Shown: piece after piece, positions 49,902 to 53,297 of the stretch
Position numbering within the stretch: position 1 is the first letter of the stretch
How the letters are laid out: every line of letters begins with the position of its first letter
DNA from: an uncultured archaeon
GTDB taxonomy: Archaea > Thermoplasmatota > E2 > DHVEG-1
Direction of reading: 5' to 3'
DNA length: 53,297 nt
NCBI GenBank assembly: GCA_902384685.1
Contig: CABMCU010000073.1
Span: 1-53,297 of the forward strand
Position numbers and translations under genes: made by a program
Notes under the pieces: generated by a model
Databases searched by the model: none
Told to the model about the DNA's origin: nothing
Seen by the model: the letters and a program-made list of their open reading frames with translations, nothing else

Positions 49902-52103
49902 TCACAGCATCCCTTGAAGTTTTTCTCTCGTATAATCGAAAGGAATCAGAAGGCTTTCTGCACATTTGGCAAGCTGACGAAGGTAATAATTAACGTCGAT
50001 GTCTTCAATCCTCTGCATCTTTTCGGCAAGACAGACTCGCCTTTTGTAGTTGTGAGAAGATTCATCAGTGACGATATAGTGAATCGATTGACCTGGCTGG
50101 ACTTGAACATCGAGATCTCGCAGTTGCAGTAACGCTGATTTAGGGAGCGTATTGACCCTATAGTTCACGATATCCTTTGAGATCGTTGTCGTAAACACCA
50201 AGTCCTTGTGATCCACTGCGCCGTCTCGTAGTGCTACCGCAGATCGTCTGAGTACCTCAACAGATGTTGGTATCAACGCACGGAACTCATCTGCGGTACG
50301 TGCTTGTTTGAAGACGGTGAGCATTTCTTGCTGAGCATTTTTCAGGAATGCTGGCGTGTTATGCTGCCGGAGCTCCACGCCGCGTATCTTTACGGCCCCG
50401 TTTTCAAATAACCCATAGTACCTGGTTAATGCACCGACACCGGTTGCTTTATTCGGGAGAAACACAATCCATTTGTAGTGACCTTCCACATCCATACGAA
50501 TCCCGGTACGATGGCTGATCATTCGTGAGAGGTGAAACGGACGAACGCACCCTTCGGATCCTTTAACCCATAGCGAGTCAACAATGCCGTGGAGCACTTC
50601 ATAGCCTGTTTGTTGTGCAACCTCAGATGCGGTCAGCAGAATATCGCGGCTGAACGCAGTGATGCTCTCATGGCATTCGATGCGTCCGTACCGGGCGTTT
50701 CGATACCCAGTGTATCCGAAACAGACTACAAGGATCCATTTCCATGCTTTCTGCAATTCTGTGTAGACCGCATGATCGTACCGTGGGTTTTTTGCGCGTG
50801 CTTTGAAACAAAATCTGCGCTGTAAAATTGGTTCAAGGATCGCAGGGAGTAATCCTTTCTGCTTCTCACAAATATGATATCCAAGTTGAGGGACTCGTTT
50901 GGTAGAGTCAGGGCAGCAGGAACAAAGCATTGTTTCAGGGCTTATGTTATGCACTACCATGATATTTGGGTATAACGAGGCGTAATCCAACTCAACAACA
51001 TTCTCATGAAGACCAACCACTGGCTCAAGCACCAGCCCACCTCGGTCCGCGATGAGTAATTCTTCTGCAGTCTTCCAATTCTCTGGCATGTTTTTCTTCC
51101 AAGGTACGAGGTAATCTTTTGCCATCGCAGCATTGATTTCGATTTGGCTGATAGCGGTCCCAGGGCCGAGTCGTGAGAGGAGTTGAAGGGGGATATTTGC
51201 GCATCGTGCAATATCAAGAATGCCGCGAAGCCCGCTTTCCCCGTAGAAGAACGATTGTGCAGTATCTAGATGAATACGACCCAGCAACGTGTAGAACGCA
51301 GGTCGATACACAATCCGTCCATAGCTGAAATACGATTTTGCTTTTTTCACGGGCCGGAGGTTGCTTTTTTTCTGATTCGTCTCTCGCCCCAAGTTCATCT
51401 CATGTTCGATACCACAGAGTTTCGCACGATGATACAAAAACGGAAACAGTAGACTGTCTCCATTCACAGTTGCAATCACATCAGGGTCAATCTGCTGAAT
51501 CTGATTAAGTGCCGAAAGAATCGTATCTGTTTCGTTGTCTTCTTGGATTACTTCGTCATTTATAGCTATCCCAGGGAGTGGTTCCTGAAATGACGGGACT
51601 CCTTGTTTTTTCGGTGCGATATCAAGATGTAGTATTTTCAGTGAGGGCACCTCGTAATCAAGTGCCCATTGGTCGTCATCAAGAATGAATCGCCTCCCGT
51701 CCCATGCCACCTGCGCATGGCAAAACACGCCGCGTTCCTGAAGGTACCTGGTTGGAAGACGTATATCGACGTTGAACAACTGATACCAATGAAAACTACC
51801 CCACGAATCAATCAGGTTAGCAAGCGTATGAAGAGAGCTGAGAGTTTTTGGTACCACTTCTAAGACCATGGTATGCCTTGGTGAACCAAGTGTGAGCTTT
51901 GCTGGAGTCAGCTGCAGTCGTTTCACCTGAGGAAGTAGTTCTAACGCCTTGGCAACCTCAGAGATGTCTTGCGACGTATGCACATAAAAACATGGTTCGT
52001 ACGGCTCCTCAATTCGGGTTGTTTTGCCGTTTTGCAGCAGCCAGGTGACCATGACGTTTTTCTCATAGTCTGGGTACACGTCAAGGATGTTCCCGCGTAA
52101 CAT
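49902..52103 (-). CDS. polB2: Family B DNA polymerase, PolB2/Dpo2 clade
   Basis: LDYASLYP, KWILVVCFGYTGY, degenerate motif C HGIVDS, decayed exonuclease motifs; ATG 52103 overlaps the upstream gene. Confidence 0.88.
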   Translation of the reverse strand: MLRGNILDVYPDYEKNVMVTWLLQNGKTTRIEEPYEPCFYVHTSQDISEVAKALELLPQVKRLQLTPAKLTLGSPRHTMVLEVVPKTLSSLHTLANLIDSWGSFHWYQLFNVDIRLPTRYLQERGVFCHAQVAWDGRRFILDDDQWALDYEVPSLKILHLDIAPKKQGVPSFQEPLPGIAINDEVIQEDNETDTILSALNQIQQIDPDVIATVNGDSLLFPFLYHRAKLCGIEHEMNLGRETNQKKSNLRPVKKAKSYFSYGRIVYRPAFYTLLGRIHLDTAQSFFYGESGLRGILDIARCANIPLQLLSRLGPGTAISQIEINAAMAKDYLVPWKKNMPENWKTAEELLIADRGGLVLEPVVGLHENVVELDYASLYPNIMVVHNISPETMLCSCCPDSTKRVPQLGYHICEKQKGLLPAILEPILQRRFCFKARAKNPRYDHAVYTELQKAWKWILVVCFGYTGYRNARYGRIECHESITAFSRDILLTASEVAQQTGYEVLHGIVDSLWVKGSEGCVRPFHLSRMISHRTGIRMDVEGHYKWIVFLPNKATGVGALTRYYGLFENGAVKIRGVELRQHNTPAFLKNAQQEMLTVFKQARTADEFRALIPTSVEVLRRSAVALRDGAVDHKDLVFTTTISKDIVNYRVNTLPKSALLQLRDLDVQVQPGQSIHYIVTDESSHNYKRRVCLAEKMQRIEDIDVNYYLRQLAKCAESLLIPFDYTREKLQGML

Positions 52104-52335
52104 ACTCTCGGAGCATCCGCAGTGTTTTCTCATGTTCCACAAGAATGGACATCACGATTGGTTCAAACGGGTTGGGGTTGCTGATGTTGCTGCCTGCTGC
52201 CGCGTGTTTCCGGGCATGGTTGATGAGCTCATCGAATGCTTCCTGATCGATATTTCGCAGTGCGCGTTTGAAATCATTCCATTCCCAGCCGAATGATTCA
52301 ACGACCATGCGGAACGTCGGAACAGTCCGGCCCAT
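52081..52335 (-). CDS. Small helical PolB2-associated protein (arCOG07300-like)
   Basis: MGRTVPTFR...FKRALR..DQEAFD...ARKH; sits between the RadA-like gene and polB2 with overlaps. Confidence 0.8.
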   Translation of the reverse strand: MGRTVPTFRMVVESFGWEWNDFKRALRNIDQEAFDELINHARKHAAAGSNISNPNPFEPIVMSILVEHEKTLRMLREYVTREHP

Positions 52336-53081
52336 CAGTTCACCATCCCGAACGCTTCAAGACGGAGTTGCCCTTTTGCACCACGAACAATCGTCGCATT
52401 CTTCTGATTCTTGACAAGCTCAAGAGAGGTGTATTGCTCAAACTGTTTCATTCGTACGATTTCGCTGACGCTATCGTACAGTTGTTTCCCCAGGCCTCTT
52501 GATGGTGAGAGTGGCATCAAATCTAGATTTGTACACACCGTGATGAGCTGGTATCTGCTGGTGAGGTTCTGTATCTTCTGAAGATCCGATGACAGTACTG
52601 CCTGCGCCTCCTGAGCGGGGATTTCGGGGTCGAGGTACAGCGCAGGCAGCATCCCGATGAGAAGGGTCCGTGGACTGCGTTTCAGGATCATCGGCTCAAG
52701 CAGTTCCTGGAGTAGGGTGGAGAGCTGGTAGACGGTGAACGCCCTGCTCATCACCACGTTCTGTAATACCTCCCGCTGATCTAACTTTGCCATCCGTGCG
52801 TACCGAGCAATCCGATACGGATCGGCACACATCCCACCATCAATATAGATCGTGTCACTCCGAAACGTTCGGTAGGTGTTGACACAGAGCTGGTTTGGTA
52901 GATCTGAGATCAGGCTGCTGTTCCCATCAACGAGAGTCATTTCCCCTGCTTTAAAACCACCACATAAACTGTCCAGTTCTGCTATCCCTGAAGAGACGAT
53001 GATGTCAGGTCTCAGGACATGTACAAAGGACATGTTCGCATGAGATCCCTCAATATCCTGTTCTGAACGACTGTTTTTCAT
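52335..53081 (-). CDS. Inactivated RadA/RecA-fold protein of the PolB2 operon
   Basis: SGIAELDSLCGG, YIDGG, SRAFTVYQL; no Walker A GKT and no Walker B Asp. Confidence 0.85.
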   Translation of the reverse strand: MKNSRSEQDIEGSHANMSFVHVLRPDIIVSSGIAELDSLCGGFKAGEMTLVDGNSSLISDLPNQLCVNTYRTFRSDTIYIDGGMCADPYRIARYARMAKLDQREVLQNVVMSRAFTVYQLSTLLQELLEPMILKRSPRTLLIGMLPALYLDPEIPAQEAQAVLSSDLQKIQNLTSRYQLITVCTNLDLMPLSPSRGLGKQLYDSVSEIVRMKQFEQYTSLELVKNQKNATIVRGAKGQLRLEAFGMVN

Positions 53082-53297
53082 GAATCTGCCTCCCTTAAAA
53101 TAGGTGTAAGAAAAAAAACATAGGCGGTTCTATTTTAAAAAGCTAAAACAAGGATGAGTGAAAGTATTCTAGGGCTTTGTCTCAAAAGTATTCCTCTTCC
53201 ACATATTTCCTCAACAACATCATCAAATTATACACAATGATTTTCAACGCGATTTCTACCTGTTGAACACCTCTTTTAATGGAGGCGACAGTGCCTC

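Overview
Archaeal chromosomal segment. TBP, TFB, group II chaperonins, L37e, Sm, Taw1 and SepF together with grpE-dnaK, secreted peptidases and oligopeptide ABC importers fit a peptide-fermenting Thermoplasmata-like euryarchaeon (taxonomy is inference). Left to right: IS200/IS605-like end; several unannotated micro-ORFs sharing a promoter motif; Lrp ligand-binding domain; tbp-tfb; a CxxC-x17-CxxC protein; thermosome copy 1 (divergent); a degenerate tRNA-Gln-like gene plus tRNA-Glu; pncC-rtcA; a PAS-only sensor; an alpha/beta hydrolase; a three-gene LeuC/LeuD-family cluster; an AT-rich accessory region (about 15-28 kb: micro-proteins, candidate structured RNAs, HTH/PIP-box protein, M28 peptidase, truncated Type IIG R-M gene, an AbrB / ParB-ASCH / unknown-protein operon, DDE transposase); thermosome copy 2-grpE-dnaK without dnaJ; trpS, taw1, sepF, PUA protein, Sm, L37e; two tandem opp/dpp operons; and the PolB2 / small helical protein / inactive RadA-like cassette. 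The best candidate for an undescribed system is the orphan ParB-ASCH fusion operon next to the R-M gene. All calls come from reading motifs by eye; no searches were run.
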